Source of the DNA: Oligoflexia bacterium
GTDB taxonomy: Bacteria; Bdellovibrionota; UBA1018
Length of the DNA stretch: 64,000 bases
NCBI GenBank assembly: GCA_014376785.1
Contig: JACMQW010000037.1
Coordinates: forward strand, 1,944-65,943
Direction of reading: 5' to 3'
This document shows, in pieces, positions 46,029 to 56,001 of this stretch (position 1 is its first letter; every line of letters begins with the position of its first letter). The notes beneath the pieces are model-generated. The model did not search any database, was not told the origin of the DNA, and was given only the letters and a program-made list of their open reading frames with translations. A program made the translations under genes and the position numbers.

Positions 46029-46526
46029 ATGGAACCGTTTCAACAAACGAATGCACCAGGACTTCAAGATCGTTTCTCGCCTGAAGGCCATTGCTTTGGC
46101 TGTGGTCCGAAAAATCTAAAAGGCCTTCAGATCAAAAGCCACGCGGTGGATCTCGAGGATGGCAGTTTAGAGGTCCGCGCGATTTGGCACGCAGAGCCGC
46201 ATCATGAGGCCTTCCCCGGAATGTTGAATGGGGGAATCATTGGATCTCTTCTCGACTGCCATTCGAATTGGACGGCGGCTGAACACCTTCGGCGTGCTGG
46301 CAACCTCGACGCACCTCCCTGTACGGTCACTTCCGATTTTCATGTGACCTTGAAGCGTCCCACTCCGTCGAACATGCCGATTTACCTCCGCGCGCGGGTG
46401 AAGGAAGCGAAAGAAGACCGAGCGTTGATCGAAGCGACCCTCGAGGCAGGCGGAAAAATTTGCGCGACTTGCACGGGAACTTTCGTGGCGGTTAAACCCG
46501 GTCATCCTGCCTACCACCGTTGGTGA
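46029..46526 (+). CDS. PaaI-family (hotdog-fold) thioesterase
   Basis: 165 aa after trimming the track ORF (45459) to the ATG at 46029, which has GGAGGG upstream. HCFGCGPKN and GMLNGGIIGSLLDCH are typical of this family. Confidence 0.7.
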   Translation: MEPFQQTNAPGLQDRFSPEGHCFGCGPKNLKGLQIKSHAVDLEDGSLEVRAIWHAEPHHEAFPGMLNGGIIGSLLDCHSNWTAAEHLRRAGNLDAPPCTVTSDFHVTLKRPTPSNMPIYLRARVKEAKEDRALIEATLEAGGKICATCTGTFVAVKPGHPAYHRW

Positions 46527-46585
46527 GAAGGGCACCGCTGGATGGCTAGAACCCATCTTAAATCAGTGCTAAGCTTGGTTTTACG

Positions 46586-47584
46586 ATGACCCCGAAGTAC
46601 CGCGGCGACGACAACGATTGGTTGGACTCAGAAAAAGACCGCGGCAGTCACGGTTCGGGGCGCCACGCTAAGAAAGCGGCGAAGCCGGATAAAGCGTACC
46701 TTGTCTCGGCGGAAGCAAATGGAACGGTCATCGAGGTATTCCCGAACCAGTGCAAAGTTCTCGGCGATGGAGCGAGCGATGAATTCGCCTGCACTTACCG
46801 AAAAGCGAAGCTCCCGACTGCCGATATTCGAGAACGCGCTCCGGTTGCGGTGGGGGATCGCGTTCGCTTCGAGCGGTTTGGAAATCGCGATGGGGTAATC
46901 GACGGTGTTTGTGAACGGCGAAACATGTTGGCCCGCCCCGCTCCTGAGAGAGCGCAAAGACACGTGCTGGTCGCGAACATTGATCTGCTGGTGATCGTCG
47001 CTGCTTGTCGCGAACCGGTCTTCACGCCCGGATTGGTTGATCGATTCTTGGTCGCCGCTCAAGCCCAAGGCATTGAACCGGTGATTTGCATCACGAAACT
47101 CGATTTGTTTGAGGCTGGGGGTGAAAAACCTTGGAGCCTTTACCGTGATGTCGGTTTTACCGTGATCGAAACCGGAGTAAAGGGCGGCACAGGTCTCGAA
47201 GATCTCAGGTCAGCGATTGCGGGGAAACTCTCTGTTTTTTGCGGACACTCAGGGGTCGGTAAAACCTCACTGCTAAATGCTCTTTTGGGTACTGCTTTGA
47301 GAACGGCCGAAGTCAGTACCTCTACGGGAAAGGGTCAGCACACGACCACGGGTGCTTATTTACTTACCGGCACCCAAATGATCGACACTCCCGGAGTGCG
47401 AGAATTCGGACTGCTTGGGATCAAGGCCGACGATTTACGAAAGTATTTTCCCGAGTTCGGTGGTCTCGAATGTGAAGAGCCAGATTGTTTTCACCAAGAT
47501 GAAGAGGGATGCAAAGCGCGCGAGCTTCCGCGCTACCCGAGTTACCGACGAATGCTGGCATCGCTTCAAGCAGGAGAAAATTGA
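46586..47584 (+). CDS. rsgA: Ribosome small-subunit-dependent GTPase A
   Basis: 332 aa. OB domain, circularly permuted GTPase (ITKLDL, GHSGVGKTSLLNAL, DTPGVREF) and a C-terminal zinc knuckle C..C.H.....GC. Confidence 0.85.
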   Translation: MTPKYRGDDNDWLDSEKDRGSHGSGRHAKKAAKPDKAYLVSAEANGTVIEVFPNQCKVLGDGASDEFACTYRKAKLPTADIRERAPVAVGDRVRFERFGNRDGVIDGVCERRNMLARPAPERAQRHVLVANIDLLVIVAACREPVFTPGLVDRFLVAAQAQGIEPVICITKLDLFEAGGEKPWSLYRDVGFTVIETGVKGGTGLEDLRSAIAGKLSVFCGHSGVGKTSLLNALLGTALRTAEVSTSTGKGQHTTTGAYLLTGTQMIDTPGVREFGLLGIKADDLRKYFPEFGGLECEEPDCFHQDEEGCKARELPRYPSYRRMLASLQAGEN

Positions 47585-48282
47585 TGCAAGCCGAGTTTCC
47601 AGAGTTTTCCTTAGACTTACAGCCTTCAGAGCGGAACCGAAAAAAGTTCAAACTCGAGCACTTGCGGGAAGCCCAGGAAAAATCTTGGGCAGCGCTTCGT
47701 GAGATTATCCCCGAAATCCAGGTTGGGATGACGGGGCGTGAAGCGGAGAAAAAAGCGGACGAAATTTTAAAGCTGCTCGGATCGCTAAAAAACTGGCATC
47801 GTCCGATCGTTCGAGTGGGTGAGAACACGCTGAAGAAATTCAGCGAGGCTTCGAACGCTGACATTCGTTTGAAACCCGATGACCTCTACTTCATTGACTT
47901 GGGCCCTCTCTGGGAAATCGAAGGGGTGATGTACGAAGGCGATGTTGGGGACACTTTTGTGCTCGGTTCGAACCCTGCTCATGTGGAAATCGCTGAAGCC
48001 GCGCGAAAAGTCTTCGCAAGCGTGAGTGAAATTTGGAAGCAGGAGTCCTTAAGCGGTAAAGCCCTCTACCTGCGCGCGTCTGCGGAGGCCGAAAAACTTG
48101 GATATGTTTTGAACCAAGACGTCGACGGGCACCGAGTGGGAGATTTCCCGCACCAGATTTTCTTCAAGGGAGGGCTGAATGAACTCGATTTCAAACCCAG
48201 TGCCGGAATCTGGATTTTGGAGATCCAAATCCGGCATCCTGAGCTTTCATACGGGGCGTTCATCGAAGACATGCTCGGCTGA
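47584..48282 (+). CDS. M24-family metallopeptidase-like protein (short form)
   Basis: 232 aa after trimming to the ATG at 47584, which overlaps the rsgA TGA by 1 nt. Pita-bread-like pattern with Asp/His/Glu positions (DDLYFIDLG...GDVGDT...GHRVGD...ILEIQ). Confidence 0.6.
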   Translation: MQAEFPEFSLDLQPSERNRKKFKLEHLREAQEKSWAALREIIPEIQVGMTGREAEKKADEILKLLGSLKNWHRPIVRVGENTLKKFSEASNADIRLKPDDLYFIDLGPLWEIEGVMYEGDVGDTFVLGSNPAHVEIAEAARKVFASVSEIWKQESLSGKALYLRASAEAEKLGYVLNQDVDGHRVGDFPHQIFFKGGLNELDFKPSAGIWILEIQIRHPELSYGAFIEDMLG

Positions 48283-48285
48283 GCA

Positions 48286-49431
48286 TCAAGCTCGGTCGAA
48301 AATCTCTTTCGCCATGATCAGGCGTTGAATCTGCGACGTCCCTTCGTAGATTTGATAAATCTTGGCATCGCGCATGAGTTTTTCTACCGGGTATTCTTCT
48401 GAATATCCGTAGCCTCCGAAAACTTGAACCGCATCGGTCGCCACCTTCATCGCCATATCGGCTGCGAATGCTTTCGCCATTGCAGCAAATTTCGTATTTC
48501 GTCTACCGGCATCGATTTCGAATCCCGCTTTATAAACGAGCATGCGGGCCGCTTCGATGTTCATTCCCATTTCGGCGATTAGGAAACTGATGGCTTGATA
48601 ACTCGCGATCGGCTGGCCGAATGTTTTTCGGGTCATGGAATACGCGACTGCTTCATCCATTGCGCGTTTTGCCAGACCCACTGCGCCGGCGGCGACCGTC
48701 GGGCGGGTGTGATCGAAAGCACTCATCGCGATTTTAAATCCTTCGCCTTCATTACCTAGACGGTACCGGGCGGGGATCCGCACGTTATCGAACGTGAGTC
48801 CGCGTGTATCACTTGCGCGTTGGCCCATGTTCCACTCTTTTTTGCCGACCGTGATGCCTTTCGCGTCAGCGGGAACGATGAAGCCCGACATGCCTTTATG
48901 TTTTAGGGTGGGATCCGTGTAAGCGAGAACGAAATACCACGAAGCAACTGAGGCATTCGTGATCCACATTTTGGAGCCGTTGATGACGTAGTCTTCGCCG
49001 TCTTTCTTCGCCAAGGTCCGAATACCCGATACATCTGAACCAGCGCCCGGTTCGGTTACGCAGTAGGCGGCGAATTTCGGCTCGGCAGTGAGCATTCCTA
49101 AAAATTCTGCCTTCTGGGCATCATTTCCGGCAACCATCACCGGTGCCGCAGCCAATGCGTTTGCTTCCATCGCGGTACACATTCCGGTGCAACCGTAGGC
49201 AAGTTCTTCAGTGATAATGCAACCATCGAGCACACCGAGGCCTAAGCCCCCGAACTCAGTGGAGATGTGCGTGTTCATTAATCCCAATGCCCACGCTTTT
49301 TCAGCGACTTCCCGGGGAAACTTCCCCTCTTTGTCGTGAAGGGCCGCTTTGGGGGCGATTTCCTCCTTCGAAAACTTACGCGCGAGTTCTTGGAGCTGCT
49401 TTTGGTCGTCGGACAGGGTAAAGTCGATCAT
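48286..49431 (-). CDS. Acyl-CoA dehydrogenase
   Basis: About 381 aa from the ATG at 49431 ([11 protein letters not shown]...). [19 protein letters not shown], and C-terminal QVFGGYGY...[11 protein letters not shown]. Confidence 0.9.
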   Translation of the reverse strand: MIDFTLSDDQKQLQELARKFSKEEIAPKAALHDKEGKFPREVAEKAWALGLMNTHISTEFGGLGLGVLDGCIITEELAYGCTGMCTAMEANALAAAPVMVAGNDAQKAEFLGMLTAEPKFAAYCVTEPGAGSDVSGIRTLAKKDGEDYVINGSKMWITNASVASWYFVLAYTDPTLKHKGMSGFIVPADAKGITVGKKEWNMGQRASDTRGLTFDNVRIPARYRLGNEGEGFKIAMSAFDHTRPTVAAGAVGLAKRAMDEAVAYSMTRKTFGQPIASYQAISFLIAEMGMNIEAARMLVYKAGFEIDAGRRNTKFAAMAKAFAADMAMKVATDAVQVFGGYGYSEEYPVEKLMRDAKIYQIYEGTSQIQRLIMAKEIFDRA

Positions 49432-49470
49432 AGCCTTTATTGTAAATCTCGATTCCCAGGACTTCAACCT

Positions 49471-50865
49471 ATGTCAAACAGCGGTAACCGTCGCACACGG
49501 TCCCATAAGAAAAAAACTCAGATTAAACGCGAGAAGTCCGAAAGAGACCGCGATGATCGAGAAAAAGTCGCTCGTTACCTTGAAAAACAAGCCACTCAAG
49601 ATCCTTTCGGTCGATTTTGGCGCGGATGGATCGAATCTCGCCGCCATTTAGACGCTCTTCTCGCCGATCTTCCGAAAGCGAAAAAATCTGATTGGGCACC
49701 TCGTATCCAAGCTTTACTAAGGATTCCCGCGTCTCTGGCAGCCGAGGTTGGTGTTGGTATTTCTGCAGGGGAGCCCTGGAATCTGAATGAAGAGGCATTG
49801 CTTCAGTGGCCAGCGGCAGCCCAAATATTTCGTGCACTCGAAGCAAAGCCAGAAATCGCGAGAAATTTGGCGATCGAAGCGACCGCTTCTGCGGAAGCCG
49901 TCGCGCAAAGTCGAATTGAAGGTTCTACGGACGACTTTCCGCCGGCAATGATCGAAGAATGGGAGAAAGACTGGGGCGCGGCGATTGCGAAGAAGCTTGC
50001 GATCGAGCTTGCGAAACCACCAGGCGTCTCACTCCGAGTGCGAATGCGTGCGGATCGTGACGGAATTCGCCGGGAGTTAGAAGCCAGGAAAGACGCGCTC
50101 TCGACGATTTCTCCCGTAGGAATCCGGTTCGAAGGCTACAAAGCCGTGATGGCCGTAGACTCCTTCGAAAAAGGAGATTTCGAAATCCAGGATGAAGGTT
50201 CCCAACTCTTGGCGCTCGCGGTCTTAGATCCATCGCGAGTGATACCGATGCTCCTACCGACGCCAGGCGACCCGACGCCGGCATTTGTGGGCGAATTTCC
50301 TAAAAAAGGAATGCCCGCCCAAACTGTAATCGACGCCTGCGCAGGCGCGGGGGGGAAGACTCTCGCGATTGCCGATTTTATGAATGGAAAAGGGCGCGTC
50401 TTTGCCTATGACATTTTCCAATCGAAAATGGCGGCCCTGCGGCGTCGAATCGGCAAAGCGCAGATGACCAACGCGAAAGCGATCCTGCTGGAATCAGGGG
50501 CGGAAACCGAAGCTCTGAAAGATTTTTTCGAAAAAGCAGACGCGGTTTTGGTGGATGCGCCTTGTTCGGGGTGGGGTGTCCTTCGGAGAAATCCAGACGC
50601 AAAGTGGAAAGAAAATTACGAAGAGCTCGAGAAACTCCCCGAACTTCAGCTTCGACTCTTGAATCTCTATTCTAAGCTTGTTCGGCCGGGTGGACGGCTG
50701 GTCTATTCTCTCTGTACGTTCCGAAAAGCAGAGTCCGAAGCGGTCGTGAAAGCTTTTCAGGCAGAGAACCCTGGTTTCCATTCGCTCGGCGGAGGATATC
50801 TCGGCCCCCACCAGACGGATGGGTTTTTCATCCAAATTTGGGAGCGTAAGGTCGATTCAAAATGA
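49471..50865 (+). CDS. RsmB/NOP2/Sun-family RNA (cytosine-C5) methyltransferase
   Basis: About 464 aa from the ATG at 49471. SAM motif [10 protein letters not shown], catalytic [15 protein letters not shown] and VYSLCTF. Very basic N-terminus. No obvious NusB-like domain. Confidence 0.8.
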   Translation: MSNSGNRRTRSHKKKTQIKREKSERDRDDREKVARYLEKQATQDPFGRFWRGWIESRRHLDALLADLPKAKKSDWAPRIQALLRIPASLAAEVGVGISAGEPWNLNEEALLQWPAAAQIFRALEAKPEIARNLAIEATASAEAVAQSRIEGSTDDFPPAMIEEWEKDWGAAIAKKLAIELAKPPGVSLRVRMRADRDGIRRELEARKDALSTISPVGIRFEGYKAVMAVDSFEKGDFEIQDEGSQLLALAVLDPSRVIPMLLPTPGDPTPAFVGEFPKKGMPAQTVIDACAGAGGKTLAIADFMNGKGRVFAYDIFQSKMAALRRRIGKAQMTNAKAILLESGAETEALKDFFEKADAVLVDAPCSGWGVLRRNPDAKWKENYEELEKLPELQLRLLNLYSKLVRPGGRLVYSLCTFRKAESEAVVKAFQAENPGFHSLGGGYLGPHQTDGFFIQIWERKVDSK

Positions 50866-51902
50866 ATTCATTCTTCTGGAGGCAGCTTCGGAAGATCGTT
50901 TTCACTTTCGACGCCGAAAAGGTTCACCATTTTTTTTATGAAATTCTCGCGTTCTTGGGTAGGTCGACCGTCGGCCGGTTTGTCCTGCGCGTGATTTCGG
51001 GAACTGAGAAGGATCGTGAAAATCCGCGACATCCTTTGGTTTGCTCCGTCAATGGAATGTTATTCCGAAATCCGATTGGTTTGGCTGCAGGATTCGATAA
51101 AGATGGACGTCTCTTGCCCGCGCTTGCCCATTTGGGGTTCGGATTTGCAGAAATTGGCACCGTAACCCCCTGTGCTCAGCCCGGAAATTCAAAGCCGCGA
51201 CTTTTTCGCGATGTCGAACGCTTTTCACTCTTTAATCGAATGGGATTCAACAGTCCCGGCGCGCTGATTGTTTCCGAAAATGTGCGATGGGCGCGGAAAA
51301 AAGGAAAACTCCCTGAAAATTTCCGAATTGGAATCAATATTGGAAAAAACAAAGACACCAGCGCTGAAGATGCTGCTAAAGATTACCGTTTAGCCGTCAC
51401 ACCGTTTGCTGGATTGGCAGATTATATCGTCGTGAATGTCAGTTCACCGAACACTCCGGGCCTTCGCGCTCTTCAAACCAGCGATGCGATTGTGAAAATA
51501 GTGAATGCGGTGAGGTTGGAAGTAGAAAAATGGGAGTGTCGACCATCCATTTACTTAAAACTTGCTCCCGAACTGGACGAACTGTCGCTGGAAGATCTTT
51601 TGCGATGCGAAAAGGACATGGGAATCGATGGCTGGGTCTTAAATAACACGCTCGGTGGCTATTGGAAGGGGGGGCGAGGCGGCTGGAGTGGCGGAGTGCT
51701 TGGAAATCTTCCTCGCGAACGACTCGAGAAAGTCAGGGCGCGAAGTCGGCTTCCGATTATTTCTGTCGGAGGGATTCTGGAACCTAGAGAGGTGGAAGCT
51801 CGATTAGAGAGTGGAGCGAACCTTGTCCAAGTTTATACGGGCTGGATTTACTTCGGGCCTCGCTGGGTAAGGCATTTACTGAAATCGGTTCGGAAAAGTT
51901 AA
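50862..51902 (+). CDS. pyrD: Dihydroorotate dehydrogenase (quinone), class 2
   Basis: 346 aa. GLAAGFDKDG, EIGTVTP, NVSSPNTPGLR and a GGI...V segment. ATGA overlap with the upstream gene. Confidence 0.85.
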   Translation: MNSFFWRQLRKIVFTFDAEKVHHFFYEILAFLGRSTVGRFVLRVISGTEKDRENPRHPLVCSVNGMLFRNPIGLAAGFDKDGRLLPALAHLGFGFAEIGTVTPCAQPGNSKPRLFRDVERFSLFNRMGFNSPGALIVSENVRWARKKGKLPENFRIGINIGKNKDTSAEDAAKDYRLAVTPFAGLADYIVVNVSSPNTPGLRALQTSDAIVKIVNAVRLEVEKWECRPSIYLKLAPELDELSLEDLLRCEKDMGIDGWVLNNTLGGYWKGGRGGWSGGVLGNLPRERLEKVRARSRLPIISVGGILEPREVEARLESGANLVQVYTGWIYFGPRWVRHLLKSVRKS

Positions 51903-51961
51903 ATCATTTATCAAAGAAAAATAGCGGATATAGCGCGATAAAAAGGCAATAATAGAAAAGC

Positions 51962-51997
51962 AAAAGCCCCGATTTCGTTTCCGAAGTCGGGGCTTTT
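51962..51997. terminator. Bidirectional intrinsic terminator (pyrD on plus, micro-ORF on minus)
   Basis: AAAAGCCCCGA-N14-TCGGGGCTTTT. The stem is flanked by an A-run and a T-run, so it can terminate in both directions. Confidence 0.8.
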
Positions 51998-52018
51998 ACT
52001 AAATCAATCAGAAGAGAA

Positions 52019-52093
52019 TTACTTCTTCTTTTTCTTAGCAGCAGGTTTCTTTTTTGCCACTTTTTTCTTGGTAGCTTTCTTCTTCGTTGCCAT
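52019..52093 (-). CDS. Candidate 24-aa polylysine micro-protein (MATKKKATKKKVAKKKPAAKKKKK)
   Basis: GGAGG (52102-52106) lies 8 nt upstream of the ATG at 52093, with a TAA stop at 52019. A perfect 9-bp hairpin (52112-52135) sits in the 5' leader and a strong terminator follows immediately downstream. The longer track ORF (to 52366) has no SD and its upstream part does not look like coding sequence. Confidence 0.4.
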   Translation of the reverse strand: MATKKKATKKKVAKKKPAAKKKKK

Positions 52094-52245
52094 CGCTATT
52101 TCCTCCGTTAAAGACATCGCACCAAAGCGATGTCTATCTATGAACAATGTTACCTCGATCTTTCTTGAGTGCAAGCGTCGAAATGAAAATAAATCACTTT
52201 TTCGATTTTTTTCTTGCCACTGATCACTCGCGAAGATTGGTAAGG

Positions 52246-54516
52246 ATGAAGAATGAAACTTTCTCTCAAGAAAAATCGGAACTGACCGAAGTGAGCACGG
52301 AAGCACGATTGATTCCTCCACTCGACCCGAAGGAACGACTGAAGAGAAGGCGTGAGCGAATCGCAATTTTCTCTTTGTTGTTCGTTTTTCTCGCGCTCAT
52401 GGTCTTAGAATTCAGGATCAGTCGTGTTTCGAGCACGTTGCCCTTTGTGAATTCGATTTTTTTCTTCGGACTGATGAATCTAAACCTCATCATCCTGATT
52501 TTGCTGCTCTGGCTCGTCCTTAGGAACGTGGGGAAACTTTTCATAGAGCGCCGACGGAATGTGCTCGGATCAAGGTTGAAAACGAAGTTAGTTGTCTCTT
52601 TCCTTTCATTTTCGATCATTCCGACGCTTCTGCTCTTCATCATTTCTGCGCTTTATATCAACACGACTTTCGATAAATGGTTTTCGATTAAGATCCAAAA
52701 CACTCTCGAAACAGCGCTTGAAATCACTCGCATCTATTATAGAGGAGCGGATCAGGCAGCTGGACACTTCGCACAGCATATCGCGAAGGGGGCTAGCGTT
52801 CGCCTCTCTTCGGGCCGATTGAACCGTGAAAAATTAGCGCAGTACCTAGAGTCCCAGCGCGAGTTGCTCGCTTTGGACGTGGTTGAATTCTACTCGGGCC
52901 CGCTTGAAGAAAGGGTGATGGCGGTCAGGACCTCTGAGGATTGGGAGTTTCCCGCCCCTCGCCTTTCCTTAGACTTGCTCGATGCTGCGTTCGCGGGCTC
53001 GCCTGGAAGTGTGATTCACCATGCGGGTAACGGAGACTGGGTAAGGTCACTCGTGCCAGTGAGAATTTCTCCTGATTACCCCATTCTCGGAGTCGTGGTG
53101 GTCAGTCGGTATGTGCCGGTGACCTTGGTGAACAAAGTAGATGAAATTTCAAGCGTCATCCAAGACTACAAGGATATCAATCCGCTGAAGTACCCGGTGA
53201 AGACGGCGTATTTTTTGATTCTTATCCTCATTACTCTCGTCATCATTCTTGTCGCGATCTGGATCGGACTCTACCTCGCAAGGGAGCTGACCGTTCCGGT
53301 CGAGCGCCTAGTGAAGGGTGCCCAAATGGTCGGTGCCGGAAATCTTGATATTGTTATTCAAGGATCTGGGCACGATGAAATTGCCACTTTGGTGGAGTCA
53401 TTCAATAAAATGACGGCAGATTTGAAAGAAAACCGCGAACGACTGACCGAAGCCACTCGAGATTTAGAAAGACGTAAAATCCAGCTCGAAGCGATTCTCG
53501 CCAACGTCGGAACGGGAGTGATATCTCTCGACCAAGACGGAAGGATCACTACTTTCAATCGAGCAGTCGCTCAACTTCTCGAGATTACCCCTGATCGCGC
53601 GATTGGTCGGCATTTCCAGGATGCGTTGAGCGGCGACGCCGCGGGTTTACTGACTGTTTTTGAAAAAGCGATGAATTCTTCCGCTCCCCTTCGGTCGCCT
53701 GAAGTCCTTCAAATGAGTCTGAAGGTCGGCTCCACCACAAAATCGATTGCAGCAATCGCGACGTCGTTGCCGACTGGCGCGGTAATCGTGATCGACGACA
53801 TGACTTCACTCGTAAAGGGGCAGCGCGAAATGGCTTGGCGGGAGGTTGCCCGCCGCATTGCCCATGAAATCAAAAATCCGCTGACTCCGATCAAACTCTC
53901 TGCGCAACGCTTGCAAAGAAGGCTGGGAGATCTGACTGGGAAAGAAGGTCAGCTCTTGCGTGAGTGTACGGCAACGATTATCCAACACACCGACGAACTG
54001 AAAGAAATGGTGAACGAATTTTCGGATTTCGCTCGGATGCCAGAAGTGACTCTCGCTTCTAACTCTCTGAACGAGACGGTCCGAGAAACCTTGTCTCTTT
54101 ACGAGCAAGCGCACTCTGACATTCGGTTCCATTACGAAGGCGACCCAAAGCTTCCGAACTTCTTTTTTGATCGCGACCAAATCAAACGAGTGTTGATTAA
54201 CTTTTTTGACAATGCAGTGGCAGCTCTCCGGGGTGACCGGCTTGAGAAGCGAATCGACATCACTACGCTTTATCATTCCTCTTTGGAAATCGCAGTGATC
54301 GACTTCCGAGATAATGGAGCAGGCATGCCAGACGATGTGAAATCCCGGGTGTTTGAGCCCTATTTTTCTACAAAGCAGGACGGTACGGGGCTTGGGCTCG
54401 CTATTGCCAAACGCATTGTAAGCGACCATCATGGGTTCATACGCGTCCAGTCGGAACCGGGCGAAGGAACGCATTTCATCGTCGAATTGCCGACTGTTTC
54501 TAAACTGAAGGTCTAA
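52246..54516 (+). CDS. Sensor histidine kinase, NtrY-like (multi-TM, HAMP, PAS, HisKA, HATPase_c)
   Basis: TM segments; HAMP (ARELTVPVERLVKGAQMVGAGNLD), PAS (GVISLDQDGRITTFN), H-box AHEIKNPLT, N-box FDNAV and G-boxes DNGAGM / GTGLGL. The start is uncertain (ATG at 52246 preferred, 52147 or 52183 possible). Confidence 0.8.
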   Translation: MKNETFSQEKSELTEVSTEARLIPPLDPKERLKRRRERIAIFSLLFVFLALMVLEFRISRVSSTLPFVNSIFFFGLMNLNLIILILLLWLVLRNVGKLFIERRRNVLGSRLKTKLVVSFLSFSIIPTLLLFIISALYINTTFDKWFSIKIQNTLETALEITRIYYRGADQAAGHFAQHIAKGASVRLSSGRLNREKLAQYLESQRELLALDVVEFYSGPLEERVMAVRTSEDWEFPAPRLSLDLLDAAFAGSPGSVIHHAGNGDWVRSLVPVRISPDYPILGVVVVSRYVPVTLVNKVDEISSVIQDYKDINPLKYPVKTAYFLILILITLVIILVAIWIGLYLARELTVPVERLVKGAQMVGAGNLDIVIQGSGHDEIATLVESFNKMTADLKENRERLTEATRDLERRKIQLEAILANVGTGVISLDQDGRITTFNRAVAQLLEITPDRAIGRHFQDALSGDAAGLLTVFEKAMNSSAPLRSPEVLQMSLKVGSTTKSIAAIATSLPTGAVIVIDDMTSLVKGQREMAWREVARRIAHEIKNPLTPIKLSAQRLQRRLGDLTGKEGQLLRECTATIIQHTDELKEMVNEFSDFARMPEVTLASNSLNETVRETLSLYEQAHSDIRFHYEGDPKLPNFFFDRDQIKRVLINFFDNAVAALRGDRLEKRIDITTLYHSSLEIAVIDFRDNGAGMPDDVKSRVFEPYFSTKQDGTGLGLAIAKRIVSDHHGFIRVQSEPGEGTHFIVELPTVSKLKV

Positions 54517-54520
54517 AGCC

Positions 54521-55942
54521 ATGTCACGTCACGTTCTCATCATTGATGACGAAGCATCGATTCGTAGCTCCCTTGAAGGCGCTTTAAAGGATGAGGGATA
54601 CCGAGTCCGTTCGGCGGCGTCCGGTCGAGACGGAATCGATCTTCTCCGAGCGGAGAGCGTCGATGTGGTGGTCCTCGATATTTGGATGCCCGACTTGGAT
54701 GGACTGGAGACTCTGAAGCAAATTAAAGCTGAGTTTCCGGACCAACCCGTCATCATGATGTCTGGTCATGGAACGATCGATACCGCGGTTCGTGCAACGA
54801 AATTGGGCGCTTTTGACTTTTTAGAAAAGCCACCCTCGCTCGAGCGCATGCTCGTGTTACTCCAAAACGCTGCATCCGTAAGAGATTTGGCGCGCGAGAA
54901 TCAGGCGCTTCGTAAACAGATAAATCGTTCGAGAACACTGATGGGACGGAGCGCTCCGCTGCTCCAAATTCAAGCATTGATTCGGCAGGTGGCTCCCACG
55001 ACAGGTTCAGTCCTGATTACCGGTGAAAATGGAACGGGAAAAGAACTCGTTGCCCATAGCATTCACGCCCTTTCTAGTCGCTACACTCGCACCTTCGTTG
55101 AAGTAAATTGTGCCGCAATTCCTGAGGAATTGATCGAAAGCGAACTTTTTGGACACGAGAAGGGCGCATTCACGGGAGCGACCCAGCTCCGGCGGGGAAA
55201 ATTTGATCTCGCACATGAAGGAACACTCTTTCTGGACGAAATCGGCGACATGTCGATGAAAACGCAGGCAAAAATTCTGCGAATCCTCCAGGAGCAAAAG
55301 TTCGAGCGAGTGGGCGGAACTCAGACCATTTCCGTCGACGTTCGTATCGTAGCTGCCACCAATAAAGACCTGCGCGCGGAAATCGCTCGGGGGAACTTCC
55401 GTGAGGATCTTTTTTACCGACTGAATGTGATTCCTTTCCATGTTCCGCCTCTGAGGGATCGACAAGACGATATCCCTCTCCTTGCGGAACATTTCTTAAA
55501 AGAATTTTCGGTAACGCATGGGAAAAGGCTGCGATCGCTTTCGGAAGAGGCGAAGGAGTTGTTGAAGAGCTACAGTTGGCCCGGCAATGTCCGCGAGCTG
55601 AAAAATTTGATCGAACGAATGATGATTCTGACCTTAGAAGTGGAGGAGGGTTTGCCCATCACCGCAAATCATCTTTTCAGTCACCTCGAGAGCGATGCTT
55701 TATCGGCTCAGATCTCGAATCGTTCGGAGGGTTCGCAAGCGTCGCCTTCCACCCATTCCTCTCCAGGCTCCGCTCGTAATTTACGAGATGCGAGATCGGA
55801 ATTCGAGCGGGACTTCATTTTAAAGACCCTCAAAGAAAATGACTGGAACGTCTCAAAAGCCGCAACAATTCTGGGCATTGAGCGTTCTCATCTTCATAAG
55901 AAAATGAAGTCCTATGGAATAGAGAGCGACCCTAAAGATTGA
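54521..55942 (+). CDS. Sigma-54-dependent Fis-family response regulator (NtrC/NtrX-like)
   Basis: 473 aa. Receiver domain (VVLDIWMPDLDG), AAA+ domain with GENGTGKE, GAFTGA and FLDEIG, and a C-terminal Fis-type HTH (NVSKAATILGIERSHLHKKM). Confidence 0.9.
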   Translation: MSRHVLIIDDEASIRSSLEGALKDEGYRVRSAASGRDGIDLLRAESVDVVVLDIWMPDLDGLETLKQIKAEFPDQPVIMMSGHGTIDTAVRATKLGAFDFLEKPPSLERMLVLLQNAASVRDLARENQALRKQINRSRTLMGRSAPLLQIQALIRQVAPTTGSVLITGENGTGKELVAHSIHALSSRYTRTFVEVNCAAIPEELIESELFGHEKGAFTGATQLRRGKFDLAHEGTLFLDEIGDMSMKTQAKILRILQEQKFERVGGTQTISVDVRIVAATNKDLRAEIARGNFREDLFYRLNVIPFHVPPLRDRQDDIPLLAEHFLKEFSVTHGKRLRSLSEEAKELLKSYSWPGNVRELKNLIERMMILTLEVEEGLPITANHLFSHLESDALSAQISNRSEGSQASPSTHSSPGSARNLRDARSEFERDFILKTLKENDWNVSKAATILGIERSHLHKKMKSYGIESDPKD

Positions 55943-56001
55943 AAGGGTAGGGCTGACTTGGGCTCGCAAATCGAGAGTTCGTGTGCGAATCTTCTTTGCG
56001 T

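Noticed and set aside
52094-52366. Longer 115-aa version of the lysine-rich ORF
   Set aside because: The upstream 90 codons look non-coding (no SD, and they run through the divergent kinase promoter region and a leader hairpin). Only the last 24 codons have a proper SD.
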